Source: an uncultured Planctomycetales bacterium
GTDB lineage: Bacteria > Omnitrophota > Gorgyraeia > Zapsychrales > Fredricksoniimonadaceae
Length of the DNA: 24,749 bases
NCBI GenBank assembly: GCA_964520185.1
Contig: CAZFON010000001.1
Span: forward strand, 1-24,749
Reading direction: 5' to 3'
Shown here: positions 1-9,209 of the stretch, in pieces
Layout of the letters: every line of letters starts with the position of its first letter
Position numbering within the stretch: position 1 is the first letter of the stretch
Made by a program: the position numbers and the translations under genes
Notes under the pieces: model-generated
Seen by the model: only the letters and a program-made list of their open reading frames with translations
What the model was told of the DNA's origin: nothing
The model's database searches: none

Positions 1-100
1 TGGCCCAGACAAAATGGCCTTGAGCAGCGAGCCGCACAGCGGTCAAAAGGCCAAAACCGCTGGAACAACCTGTGATAAGGATTACTTTTTGATTGTTCAT
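1..100 (-). CDS. Short-chain dehydrogenase/reductase (classical SDR), N-terminal part; runs off the left edge; not in ORF track
   Basis: Manual translation from ATG at 100-98: MNNQKVILITGCSSGFGLLTAVRLAAQGHFVWA, with the TGxxxGxG Rossmann motif. The ATG overlaps the aroC stop by 1 nt (TAATG). Confidence 0.88.
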   Translation of the reverse strand, partial: MNNQKVILITGCSSGFGLLTAVRLAAQGHFVWA

Positions 101-1167
101 TATAATTGTGTGGATTTTTGGATCATCAGACAGTCGACGAGTGTCAGCGCGATCATGGCCTCAGCCACAGGGACAACCCTCGGTGCCAAACAAGGATCAT
201 GACGGCCTTTGACCTGGAATTCAACTTCCTCAAATTTTTCATTGAGTGTCTTTTGCGTTTTGGTGATCGAAGACGGCGGTTTGAGGGCCATGCGGATCAG
301 GATATCTTCGCCGGTGGATATCCCGCCCATGATGCCGCCGGCATGGTTGGTGGCTGTACCCACCTTCCTGGCCTTAAGGATAAAGCGGTCATTGTTCATA
401 GAGCCTGTCAGGAGACTGGCTCCGAATCCGTCGCCGAATTCAACACCCTTGACCGTGGCGATTGACATCAGGGCCTGGGCCAAGCGGGCACTGAGCTTGT
501 CAAAGCAAGGATCGCCCAGACCCGGCGGGCAGTTCTTGATGATGCACTGCAGCAGGCTGCCGAGGGAATCGCCGTTCTTACGCGCCTTCTCGATGGCCTC
601 GATCATGACAGGCGCCATTTTGGCATCAGCGGTGCGCACAGGATTCTGCTCAATGGCCTTGATATCAATGTCCTGGGCATAAATGTCCCCTACGGCCATA
701 GTATAAACAATGATCTGGACCTTATGTTCAGCCAGTATCTTTTTGGCCACGGCTCCGGCAGCCACTCGGCTGGCGGTCTCGCGCCCGGAAGAACGGCCGC
801 CGCCGCGGTAATCGCGTATCCCGTATTTAGCTAAATAAGTGTAATCCGCATGTCCTGGACGAAAAACATCTTTGATGTTCTCATAATCCTTGGAACGCGC
901 ATCCACATTGCGGATGAGGACGGCCAAGGGCGCGCCGGTAGTCTTGCCTTCAAAGACACCGGAAAGGATTTCGGCCTTATCCGGTTCACTGCGTTGGGTG
1001 GTGATAGAACTTTGCCCCGGCCTGCGGCGGTCCAGGTCCTTTTGAAGGTCCGCCTCTGACAAAAACATTTTAGGGGGAACACCATCGATAATAAGGCCAA
1101 TGGCGACCCCGTGGCTTTCGCCGAAGGTCGTGACCTTGAAAAGTTGTCCGAAAGTATTGCCTGCCAT
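100..1167 (-). CDS. aroC: Chorismate synthase
   Basis: N-terminus GNTFGQLFKVTTFGESHG, RPGHADY, GGGRSSGRETA, C-terminal GRHDPC; 355 aa. Confidence 0.98.
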   Translation of the reverse strand: MAGNTFGQLFKVTTFGESHGVAIGLIIDGVPPKMFLSEADLQKDLDRRRPGQSSITTQRSEPDKAEILSGVFEGKTTGAPLAVLIRNVDARSKDYENIKDVFRPGHADYTYLAKYGIRDYRGGGRSSGRETASRVAAGAVAKKILAEHKVQIIVYTMAVGDIYAQDIDIKAIEQNPVRTADAKMAPVMIEAIEKARKNGDSLGSLLQCIIKNCPPGLGDPCFDKLSARLAQALMSIATVKGVEFGDGFGASLLTGSMNNDRFILKARKVGTATNHAGGIMGGISTGEDILIRMALKPPSSITKTQKTLNEKFEEVEFQVKGRHDPCLAPRVVPVAEAMIALTLVDCLMIQKSTQL

Positions 1168-1168
1168 A

Positions 1169-2845
1169 TTATTTATCCGTCACGGCGCCGGTGGAGGCGC
1201 TGGTTACCTGTTTAGCATACTTGGCCAGAACGCCGCGCGTGTATCTTGGTTTTGGTTTTCCCCAAGCTTTTTGCCGCTTTTTGATGTCCGCCGCCGGTAA
1301 TTTTAAATCAATGGTCCTTTTGAGGGCATCAATGACAATGGTGTCCCCGTTTTTCACAATACCCAAAAGACCGCCGTTAAAAGCCTCTGGAGTGATATGC
1401 CCTACCACAAAACCGTGTGAACCTCCGGAAAAACGGCCGTCGGTGATCAAAGCCACATCCTTCCCCAAACCGCGTCCTGAAATAGCTGACGTCGGAGAAA
1501 GCATCTCCCTCATGCCGGGACCACCGGCCGGACCTTCATAACGAATAACAACCACATCGCCTTTGACGATCTTGCCTGCCAAAATGGCCTTGAGCGCGGC
1601 TTCTTCCGAATCAAAGACTTTGGCCTTGCCGGTAAAAGACAAGCCCTCTTTGCCGGTGATCTTGGCCACAGCACCTTCGGAAGCTAAATTGCCGTAAAGG
1701 ATGACCAGATGGCTTTCTTTTTTAATCGGATTATCAAGAGGCCTGATTATCTCCTGCCCCGCCGGATAAGGCTTTACATCAGCTAAATTTTCACGTACGG
1801 TTTTTCCTGTGACGGTCATGCAATCGCCATGCAGGAGTCCTTTGTCTAAAAGCATTTTCATTAATGGCAAAAGCCCGCCGATAGCCGCCAATTCCGCCGC
1901 GACAAAACGGCCGCTGGGCTTGAGGTCAGCTAAGACCGGCGCCTTCTTGCCCACACGGGTAAAATCATCAAGGGTCAACTTGACGCCGGCGGCATAGGCA
2001 ATGGCCAAGAGATGCAAAACTGCATTGGTTGATCCCCCTAATGCGCAAATCACCGTAATAGCATTCTCAAAAGCCTTCTTGGTCATGATGTCACGGGGCT
2101 TGATGTTCAATTTCAACAAATTCAAAACAGCCCCGCCGGCATTAAGACAATCCTGCTGTTTTTCACGCGAGACAGCAATTTGCATGGAGCTGTTAGGCAG
2201 GCTCATGCCCAGGGCCTCGATGGCGCTGGCCATGGTATTGGCGGTGTACATGCCGCCGCAGGAACCCGGGCCGGGGATGGCGCATGTCTCGATATTCTTG
2301 AATTCCTCATCCGAAATTTTTTGGGCCGCATGTTTGCCCACCGCCTCGAAGACCGAAACAATATCCAGGTTCTGGCCGTTTAAGCAGCCTGGGAGGATCG
2401 TGCCGCCGTAAACAAACACCGACGGGCGATTAAGGCGGGCCATGGCTATCAGGCAGCCGGGCATGTTCTTATCGCAGCCGCCGACAGCCACCAACCCATC
2501 GAAACCCTCGCAACCGGCCACTGTTTCCACGGAATCTGCGATCACTTCACGGGACACCAGGGAATATTTCATCCCCTCCGTCCCCATGGAAATGCCGTCT
2601 GCAACGGTGATGGTACCGAAAACGATCCCTTTGCCTCCGGCCGCGTCCGTTCCTTCGACGGCCTTGAGGGCCAATTTATCAATATGCATGTTGCAGGGAG
2701 TCAGCATGCTCCAGGTGGATACCACGCCGATTTGCGGTTTTCGGAAATCTTCGTCCTTAAAACCGGTGGCCCGCAGCATTGACCGGTTAGGTGCCCGGTC
2801 ATCTCCATCGACAACAATAGAAGAGAATTTCCTTATCTCAGACAT
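1169..2845 (-). CDS. ilvD: Dihydroxy-acid dehydratase (likely start MSEIRK at 2845; ORF track extends to 2875)
   Basis: Motifs [57 protein letters not shown] at 2845 lies 2 nt after the leuD stop, with AGGA upstream. Confidence 0.97.
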   Translation of the reverse strand: MSEIRKFSSIVVDGDDRAPNRSMLRATGFKDEDFRKPQIGVVSTWSMLTPCNMHIDKLALKAVEGTDAAGGKGIVFGTITVADGISMGTEGMKYSLVSREVIADSVETVAGCEGFDGLVAVGGCDKNMPGCLIAMARLNRPSVFVYGGTILPGCLNGQNLDIVSVFEAVGKHAAQKISDEEFKNIETCAIPGPGSCGGMYTANTMASAIEALGMSLPNSSMQIAVSREKQQDCLNAGGAVLNLLKLNIKPRDIMTKKAFENAITVICALGGSTNAVLHLLAIAYAAGVKLTLDDFTRVGKKAPVLADLKPSGRFVAAELAAIGGLLPLMKMLLDKGLLHGDCMTVTGKTVRENLADVKPYPAGQEIIRPLDNPIKKESHLVILYGNLASEGAVAKITGKEGLSFTGKAKVFDSEEAALKAILAGKIVKGDVVVIRYEGPAGGPGMREMLSPTSAISGRGLGKDVALITDGRFSGGSHGFVVGHITPEAFNGGLLGIVKNGDTIVIDALKRTIDLKLPAADIKKRQKAWGKPKPRYTRGVLAKYAKQVTSASTGAVTDK

Positions 2846-2847
2846 GA

Positions 2848-3474
2848 TCAAACTGTTTCCTTTCTGATCAACCAAGGCCTTCGAACCTGAACTTCTTTTT
2901 CATAAGAATCAATTTTGTCATTGAATTGCAGAGACCAGCCAATAGCATCCAAACCCTTTAACAGGCATTCCTTATTAAAAGCATCCATAGAGAACTTGTA
3001 AGTTTTATTCCCTGCCGTTACCGTCTGTGCCGGCAGATCAGCGCTGAGAGAGGCCCCTTTGTTCTTTTCAACAAAGGCAAATATCTCGTCTACTTCCTTG
3101 GACTTCAACGGCACCAGCAAAAGACCGTTCTTGACGCAATTATTGTAGAAGATATCTGCACATGACGGAGCGATGATTAATTTAAATCCAAAATCGCCCA
3201 AGGCCCAGGGCGCATGCTCGCGGCTGGAACCGCAGCCGAAATTATCCCTGGCCAAAAGCACTGTTGCCTTACGATAAACCGGCTGGTTCAAAATAAAATC
3301 AGGGTTCTCCTGCGTCCCTTCATAGTCAGCGTACCGCCATTCATGGAAAAGATGTTTGCCAAATCCCACCCGTTCGATCTTTCTCAAGAATTGTTTGGGG
3401 ATAATAGCATCGGTGTCGATGTTAACCCGATCCAGGGGCGCTACAATGCCTGTATGTGTCTTAAACGGCTGCAT
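2848..3474 (-). CDS. leuD: 3-isopropylmalate dehydratase small subunit
   Basis: [36 protein letters not shown]; overlaps the leuC stop. Confidence 0.97.
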   Translation of the reverse strand: MQPFKTHTGIVAPLDRVNIDTDAIIPKQFLRKIERVGFGKHLFHEWRYADYEGTQENPDFILNQPVYRKATVLLARDNFGCGSSREHAPWALGDFGFKLIIAPSCADIFYNNCVKNGLLLVPLKSKEVDEIFAFVEKNKGASLSADLPAQTVTAGNKTYKFSMDAFNKECLLKGLDAIGWSLQFNDKIDSYEKEVQVRRPWLIRKETV

Positions 3475-4867
3475 AGGTTCTGATGTCTGTGATCTTCCCT
3501 TCCAAGGCAGCGACAGCAGCCATTTCAGGGCTCATTAAATGCGTACGTCCGCCGGGACCTTGCCTACCTTCAAAATTGCGGTTGCTGCTGGAAGCGCAAC
3601 GCTCGCCTTTTTTTAATTGGTCATCATTCATGCCTAAGCACATGGAACATCCGGCAAAACGCCATTCCATGCCGGCATTCATGAAAATCCTCTCCAGGCC
3701 TTCTTTCTCCGCCTGAAGGCGCACGCGGCCTGAGCCAGGCACAACGATGGCGACAACTCCAGGGGCCACCCTTCTGTCCTGAACGATCTGGGCTGCGGCA
3801 CGCAGGTCTTCGATACGGCCATTGGTGCAGGAGCCGATAAATACCTTGTCGATCTTGATATCCGTCATTTTTGTGCCTGGCTTCAAATCCATATAGCTCA
3901 AAGCATTCCTGGCCGCGGTACGGGCAACCGGGTCTTTCATGGATTCCGGATCAGGGACAACTCCGTCGACACAAATCACTTGTCCCGGTGAAGTGCCCCA
4001 CGTCACCATGGGTTTGATGTCCTGGGCCTTGATATTGATCACCTTGTCAAATTTAGCGTCCTTATCGCTGGGCAGGGTTTTCCAATAGGCAACGGCTTTT
4101 TCCCAGTCCTGGCCTTGGGGCGCAAAATCGCGGCCCTGGATATAATGGAAAGTGACATCATCCGGTGCTATCATCCCGGCCCGGGCGCCGGCCTCGATGG
4201 ACATGTTGCAAATGGTCATGCGTGCTTCCATGGACAACTCCCTGATGGTGGAGCCCGCATACTCAATGACAAAGCCTGTGCCTCCGGCAGTGCCGATAAG
4301 ACCGATGATGTACAAAATAATATCTTTGGATGTTACACCCTTGACCAATTTGCCATCGATATTGATGAGCATGGTCTTAGGCTGATTTTGTTGCAGGGTT
4401 TGGGTGGCCAACACATGCTCCACTTCCGAGGTGCCGATGCCGAAGGCCAGGGCTCCGAAAGCGCCGTGGGTGGCGGTATGTGAATCGCCGCAAACAATGG
4501 TCAGGCCAGGCAAGGTCAAGCCCTGCTCCGGGCCGATGACATGCACGATACCTTGGTCTTTATCCGCAAAATCATATAACCGGATACCGAATTCACGGCA
4601 ATTGTTGGACAAAGTATCCATTTGGGTACGGGAAACCGGCTCGACCTTGGTAATGTCCTTGGTGCGTGTGGATACATTGTGATCCATGGTGGCCACGGTT
4701 TTTTGCGGGCAACGCACAGTCCGGTTATTTTCCCTTAAGGCCGCAAAAGCCTGGGGACTGGTGACCTCGTGCACCAAATGCAGGTCTATATATATGAGGG
4801 AAGTATCCCCCTGGGAAGGCCGCACCAGGTGGTCTTGCCATATTTTCTCAAACATTGTTTTACCCAT
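3461..4867 (-). CDS. leuC: 3-isopropylmalate dehydratase large subunit
   Basis: [26 protein letters not shown], Fe-S ligand motifs [13 protein letters not shown] and [17 protein letters not shown]. Confidence 0.98.
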   Translation of the reverse strand: MGKTMFEKIWQDHLVRPSQGDTSLIYIDLHLVHEVTSPQAFAALRENNRTVRCPQKTVATMDHNVSTRTKDITKVEPVSRTQMDTLSNNCREFGIRLYDFADKDQGIVHVIGPEQGLTLPGLTIVCGDSHTATHGAFGALAFGIGTSEVEHVLATQTLQQNQPKTMLINIDGKLVKGVTSKDIILYIIGLIGTAGGTGFVIEYAGSTIRELSMEARMTICNMSIEAGARAGMIAPDDVTFHYIQGRDFAPQGQDWEKAVAYWKTLPSDKDAKFDKVINIKAQDIKPMVTWGTSPGQVICVDGVVPDPESMKDPVARTAARNALSYMDLKPGTKMTDIKIDKVFIGSCTNGRIEDLRAAAQIVQDRRVAPGVVAIVVPGSGRVRLQAEKEGLERIFMNAGMEWRFAGCSMCLGMNDDQLKKGERCASSSNRNFEGRQGPGGRTHLMSPEMAAVAALEGKITDIRTYAAV

Positions 4868-4967
4868 ACAAGCAACCTCACCTTACAGCACCCTGTTATC
4901 TTTGAGTTGAAGCTGAAAGATTCCAATAGCAGGTCGCACTTATGATATGAAAATTTGTAGAAATCTA

Positions 4968-4996
4968 ATTATATAGAAATGCTCTTCGATTGTCAA
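4968..4996 (-). promoter_or_regulatory. Consensus sigma70 promoter for leuC-leuD-ilvD-aroC-SDR
   Basis: Minus strand reads TTGACA (4996-4991), 17-nt spacer, TATAAT (4973-4968): a perfect match about 100 nt upstream of the leuC ATG. Confidence 0.9.
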
Positions 4997-5013
4997 ATCA
5001 GGGGGCATGTCTT

Positions 5014-5370
5014 CTACTGCAGGAGCTTGATGGACTTGCCTACATTGATACCCTCAGGGGTAGTGAAATAGATGACATTCACCCGGCCTTGGGGGACAAT
5101 GGAATCGCGCATGATGGCCTTGTCGTCTTTGTCCCAAAGGGTGGTGGTAGGCATGACATAAATATTAATTTTGTTTCCCGAGGTGTCCCTTACCGTGATT
5201 TCGGATTTAGTGCCCTTAGCCTGGTCTGCCCAAGACACGGATTGGACGACACCCCCCCAAATGGAATGCGTATCCAGGGCCGCAGCCATGGCCAGCTCCT
5301 GGGCTTGTGACCAAGAAGAAGGACCAATGACCTGCACTAAAATACATAAAATGAAAACAATTTTTTTCAT
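5014..5370 (-). CDS. Small secreted hypothetical protein, possibly an OB-fold-like beta domain
   Basis: Signal-peptide-like MKKIVFILCILVQVIGPSSWSQA, then alternating beta-strand pattern (IWGGVVQSV, EITVRD, KINIYV, RVNVIY). ATG at 5370; the track starts at TTG 5373. Confidence 0.7.
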   Translation of the reverse strand: MKKIVFILCILVQVIGPSSWSQAQELAMAAALDTHSIWGGVVQSVSWADQAKGTKSEITVRDTSGNKINIYVMPTTTLWDKDDKAIMRDSIVPQGRVNVIYFTTPEGINVGKSIKLLQ

Positions 5371-5401
5371 CAACCAGGGCCTTACAGAGCTACTTTTAAG
5401 G

Positions 5402-5451
5402 ATTTTAGTTTAAATACCGCGGGATTAAAGGGTGATTAGAATAAAATTAAA
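5402..5451 (-). promoter_or_regulatory. Putative OmpR/PhoB-family binding site (three T(T/C)TAAT repeats, 11-bp period) plus -10 element
   Basis: Minus strand TTTAAT (5451-5446), TCTAAT (5440-5435), TTTAAT (5429-5424), then TAAAAT (5407-5402) 16 nt after the last repeat. Lies directly downstream of an OmpR-family RR/HK pair. Confidence 0.65.
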
Positions 5452-5454
5452 AAT

Positions 5455-6945
5455 CTATAATCCCGCCATCGTTGCAAGGGAGGTGATGGGAAGGGAAATA
5501 GTAAAAACTGTTCCTTGAGGGACATTGGACCTGACATGGATTTGCCCTCCATGGGCCTTGGCAATGGATTGGGAGATGCTTAAACCCAAGCCGAAGCCTC
5601 CGGTGCTGCGGGACTTATCAACCCTGTAAAAACGGTCAAAGATGCGCGGCAATTCGTCTTTAGGGATGCCGATGCCTGTGTCGGAAATGTCAATGTCCGC
5701 GCCGTCTTTGCCCCGGCGTAAATCAACGGATATCTTGCCCCCTGGGGGCGTATATTTAATGGCATTGTCCAGGATATTGAGGAAGAGCCTTTTAAGCTGC
5801 ACTTTATCAGCCATGATGTCCACTGTATGCGCACCGTTGTATTGGAGCGTAATGTCTTTTTGAACGGCCAATACCTTGATGACTTCCACGGCATCACTGA
5901 TCAACAGGTTCAAGTCAACAGGCTCTTCATGAAGGGCCGTGGTTTTCGCATCAAAACGCGCCAGAACAAGAAGGTTTTCCACGATCTTGCCCAAGCGATT
6001 GACCTCCTCAAGGTTGCTGTACAGGGCGCTCTCGTATTCCTGTGCGGAACGCACCTTTTTCAGGGTGACCTCCAGTTCACCTTTTAAAACAGACAAAGGG
6101 GTCTTGAGTTCATGAGAAATGTCTTCCATAAACTGCCGTTGGGTAGTAAAGGCCTCATCCAGACGGGCGATCATTTGATTGAATGTTTTGGCCAGCGACT
6201 CAATTTCATCCTTGCTGCCCGGGATCTCAAGCCGTAACTTCAAATTTTCCGCCGTGATCTGATGAATGGTAGCGATCATCTGGTCAACGGGCTTAAGGGT
6301 CATCTGGACCAAAAAAACACCGCTCAATCCGGTCAGGACAACGGTCAGCGGCAAAAGAAACATCAGGGAAAAACTTAAATTGCGCAAAAGCTCATGCGGC
6401 TGGGCTAAAGGTGAGGCCACCTGGACGATATAGGAAAGCCTCCTGTTTTCCAGAACCGGCTCTGTAAAGATCCTGAACAAGGACGGCTTGCCGTTGACCT
6501 CAAGATAGTCGTTATCAAAATGATTGCCCCCTTTTTTCACCGCAATAAAAATGCGCGCATTCAAATGCTCCGTGGGAATATTTCTGGAAGAAGCAATGGG
6601 GCCGCCATGGGCGTCAAAGATGCGCACGATGATGCTTATCAAATTAGGGTCACTGATCTTTTCGCCCACCCAACGCTTGGCGATCCTGATGAAATTGATA
6701 TTGTCCACCTTGGCAAAATGGATCTTGGAGGCGCCAGCTTCGGCGATGTCCATCTGCTCGGCGGCCCAATAGGTATCAATGGACTGCTCGATGCCTTTAG
6801 CGCGGGAGCGCAGGATATCATCGGTATCCTGGGAGATCTTTCGTTGGAGATTCTGGTAAAGCACCAGGCCGAAGATAAACAGGGCCAGGGACAGGATGAA
6901 CATGTGCCAAAGGACTATCTTGAAACGGATGGATTGAAAAAACAT
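5455..6945 (-). CDS. Sensor histidine kinase (2 TM, HAMP, HisKA, HATPase; CusS/CzcS-like)
   Basis: H-box EDISHELKTPL, N-box NILDNAIKY, G-boxes ISDTGIGI and GGFGLGLSI; two hydrophobic segments flank a periplasmic domain. Confidence 0.95.
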   Translation of the reverse strand: MFFQSIRFKIVLWHMFILSLALFIFGLVLYQNLQRKISQDTDDILRSRAKGIEQSIDTYWAAEQMDIAEAGASKIHFAKVDNINFIRIAKRWVGEKISDPNLISIIVRIFDAHGGPIASSRNIPTEHLNARIFIAVKKGGNHFDNDYLEVNGKPSLFRIFTEPVLENRRLSYIVQVASPLAQPHELLRNLSFSLMFLLPLTVVLTGLSGVFLVQMTLKPVDQMIATIHQITAENLKLRLEIPGSKDEIESLAKTFNQMIARLDEAFTTQRQFMEDISHELKTPLSVLKGELEVTLKKVRSAQEYESALYSNLEEVNRLGKIVENLLVLARFDAKTTALHEEPVDLNLLISDAVEVIKVLAVQKDITLQYNGAHTVDIMADKVQLKRLFLNILDNAIKYTPPGGKISVDLRRGKDGADIDISDTGIGIPKDELPRIFDRFYRVDKSRSTGGFGLGLSISQSIAKAHGGQIHVRSNVPQGTVFTISLPITSLATMAGL

Positions 6946-6948
6946 GTC

Positions 6949-7620
6949 TTACTTTTTGGCAAGCAGGTATCCCTTGCCGCGTACGGTATGGATCATCTTA
7001 TCCGAAAAACCGCTGTCAATTTTATTGCGCAGATAATTGATATAGACATCGATCACGTTGGTGAAGGTATCGAAATTGATGTCCCAGACATGCTCAGAGA
7101 TCATGGTGCGGGTGACGATGTTGCCGGTATTGCGCATCAGGTATTCCAGTAATGCATATTCCTTGACGGTCAATTCGATCTCGCGGCCGCTCCTGGTGAC
7201 CTTATGCGTCAACAAGTCCATGCACAACTCGTCCACCTTCAGCTGGGTCTGCACTCGGCCGTCTTTTTTACGCAAAACAACCCTCAGACGCGCCAGGAGC
7301 TCTTCGAAAGCAAAAGGCTTAGGGAGATAATCGTCCGCACCGGAATCCAGCCCCTTTACCTTGTCCTTGACCGTGTCCTTGGCTGTGAGCATGATGATAG
7401 GCGTCTGGTTGCCTTCTTTGCGCAAGGTACGGCAAAGCGTCAAGCCGTCTATCTTGGGCAGCATCAGATCCAGGATAACGGCATCATACTCATTGGTACT
7501 TAATAAAAAGTGCCCTTCCTCCCCGTCTTGGGCCACATCAACCGCATAGCCTTCTTCCTTAAGGCCGCGCTTGACGAACTGGGATATCTTCGATTCGTCC
7601 TCAACAACAAGTATTCGCAT
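6949..7620 (-). CDS. OmpR/PhoB-family DNA-binding response regulator (CusR/CzcR-like)
   Basis: MRILVVEDE, phospho-acceptor VILDLMLP, GADDYLPKPF, winged-helix NVIDVYINYLRNKID and IHTVRGKGY. Confidence 0.96.
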   Translation of the reverse strand: MRILVVEDESKISQFVKRGLKEEGYAVDVAQDGEEGHFLLSTNEYDAVILDLMLPKIDGLTLCRTLRKEGNQTPIIMLTAKDTVKDKVKGLDSGADDYLPKPFAFEELLARLRVVLRKKDGRVQTQLKVDELCMDLLTHKVTRSGREIELTVKEYALLEYLMRNTGNIVTRTMISEHVWDINFDTFTNVIDVYINYLRNKIDSGFSDKMIHTVRGKGYLLAKK

Positions 7621-7624
7621 AAAT

Positions 7625-8284
7625 TTAAACCATCCTGGTCAACTGTTGAATAAGTTTCTCTATCCCCTCGTTGAGCTCGCTGATCCGGGCATCAAGCATA
7701 TAACAAGGAGTGGTCACTACTTTATTGTTTTTATCGACCACGATGCTACGCGCATCGGTATTCGTGGTCCTGGCTCCGGTTTTCTGGAAAATCGCATTGA
7801 TCTTTTCATCCTGTCCGAAGGTCACGTTGACATTTTTCAACAGATGAGCGATGATCACGGGAGATATGCACAAAGCACCTATCGGTTTCTTTGCCGCGTG
7901 CATGGAGCACACCGCCCTTTGGACCTCAGGCAAGACCGTCATTTTATCACCATCCCTGGCAAAGGTGCAAAGATTATGCGCCACCCCGTTGCCGCCGGGC
8001 ATTACCAGGATGTCAAAATCTTCCTGGCGGAAATCCGTCAAAGGCTTGATCCTGCTGCGCGCAATACGGGCCGCTTCAAGAAGCACATTACGCTTTTCTG
8101 TCATTTCCTCATTGGTCAGGAAATTAAGTACCCGGGCATAGGGCACATCAGGGGCAAAACACTGGTAATGGTGGCCTGCTTTATCGATATTCAAGAGCGT
8201 TAACACGGATTCATGGATCTCTGCCCCGTCCTTATTACCACAGCCGGCCAGGATCACGGCGAAGGACAACGTATTGTGGTCCAT
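7625..8284 (-). CDS. elbB: ElbB/ES1-type glyoxalase (DJ-1/PfpI superfamily); likely start MDHNT at 8284
   Basis: LAGCGNKDGAEIHE, MPGGNGVAHNL, ALCISP, VVTTPCYM. GGAGGG upstream of the ATG; 1-nt overlap with the upstream stop. Confidence 0.9.
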   Translation of the reverse strand: MDHNTLSFAVILAGCGNKDGAEIHESVLTLLNIDKAGHHYQCFAPDVPYARVLNFLTNEEMTEKRNVLLEAARIARSRIKPLTDFRQEDFDILVMPGGNGVAHNLCTFARDGDKMTVLPEVQRAVCSMHAAKKPIGALCISPVIIAHLLKNVNVTFGQDEKINAIFQKTGARTTNTDARSIVVDKNNKVVTTPCYMLDARISELNEGIEKLIQQLTRMV

Positions 8285-8559
8285 CAATCCCTCCAAAAAT
8301 ATAAGGCAGCAGTCAAGGCAATGCCGATGATAAACACCAGCCATGTGTTGCCGACAAAGAACGTATAAAGCATCAGCACAATGCCTATCACCATCGGCCG
8401 CCAGCTTTTTTCTCTTTTACCATGCAAAAAAGCAAACCAGCCGATAAGGCCGAAAACGGTACCGCCAATAAGGTTCCACCAATTAAGACCATCCGGCCCC
8501 ATGAGATTGGACAATCCATAAGCGCTTAAAACCGCATTGAGGGTCTTATCATCAGGCAT
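8284..8559 (-). CDS. Small membrane protein (about 3 hydrophobic segments), function unknown
   Basis: 91 aa with pattern FGLIGWFAFLHGKR..WRPMVIGIVLMLYTFFV..WLVFIIGIAL; fits tightly between neighbours (3-nt gap and 1-nt overlap). Confidence 0.75.
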   Translation of the reverse strand: MPDDKTLNAVLSAYGLSNLMGPDGLNWWNLIGGTVFGLIGWFAFLHGKREKSWRPMVIGIVLMLYTFFVGNTWLVFIIGIALTAALYFWRD

Positions 8560-8562
8560 GAT

Positions 8563-9207
8563 TTACTCCAGAATAATAACTGGTTGATATTGCTGCTTGA
8601 GCCAGTGCAAGAGCCTGCGTATGTTCCTTTGGTTAAGTGCCACACAACCAGAGGTCGGACTGTCATACCTGCGCCAAACATGTATAAAAATAGCGCTTCC
8701 GGCGCCCCTGACAACAGGATGCCTATTATACCCTATGACTATCCCATATTGGTAGAGATTATCAAAACGCTTCATCCTTTCAAAGGAGCCCGCTGGAAGA
8801 GGACCTTTTACCCATTCATTATATTGCACGGAAGTTACATCATCCACCCAAAAATCATCTGTGCTGGCCTGACGGTACGAAAGGCCCGTGTCAATCGACG
8901 GAGCATATCCAAAAGCTGTTTCCAGGGGATATATACCCGACGGTGTTTTGCCGTCCCCTTCCCTTTTGGCGTTGGCTGCGGCCAGACCGTTCTTGCCGAT
9001 CATCGCGCTTGCCAACAATTCCCGGCGCCAAGAGCTTCCCTGCCTTTGCCAGGTACTTAAAGAAGCCCGACAAGACCCATTTTTAACAGGAGAGACGATG
9101 ATAACTTGATGAATAGCGGTATCAAGGTCCCCTAACGGTTTTGGAACGGTTGTACAACAGCCCTGCAAGGATATCAGGATCAAATATAAAATGAGCTTAG
9201 ATGTCAT
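8563..9207 (-). CDS. L,D-transpeptidase-family (YkuD-like) lipoprotein; likely start MTSKL at 9207
   Basis: Lipobox LQGC, KREGDGKTPSG, GSAIFIH and TSGCVAL (His/Cys catalytic motif). Confidence 0.88.
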   Translation of the reverse strand: MTSKLILYLILISLQGCCTTVPKPLGDLDTAIHQVIIVSPVKNGSCRASLSTWQRQGSSWRRELLASAMIGKNGLAAANAKREGDGKTPSGIYPLETAFGYAPSIDTGLSYRQASTDDFWVDDVTSVQYNEWVKGPLPAGSFERMKRFDNLYQYGIVIGYNRHPVVRGAGSAIFIHVWRRYDSPTSGCVALNQRNIRRLLHWLKQQYQPVIILE

Positions 9208-9209
9208 GG

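Noticed and set aside
106-4910. Numerous 60-160 aa plus-strand and alternate-frame ORFs over aroC/ilvD/leuD/leuC
   Set aside because: Fully overlap confidently identified genes; typical shadow ORFs.
4868-4967. T-box riboswitch or classical leu attenuator
   Set aside because: Leader too short for a T-box, and no T-box consensus, GC hairpin with U-tract or tandem Leu codons; kept only as a weak structured-leader finding.
6520-7152. 210-aa plus-strand ORF
   Set aside because: Antisense shadow of the kinase and regulator genes; no recognisable motif.
5455-7620. Naming the two-component system cusRS or czcRS
   Set aside because: No metal-resistance genes nearby and no obvious His/Met-rich sensor motif; the stimulus is unknown.
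7571-8203. 210-aa plus-strand ORF
   Set aside because: Antisense to elbB, which has clear family motifs.
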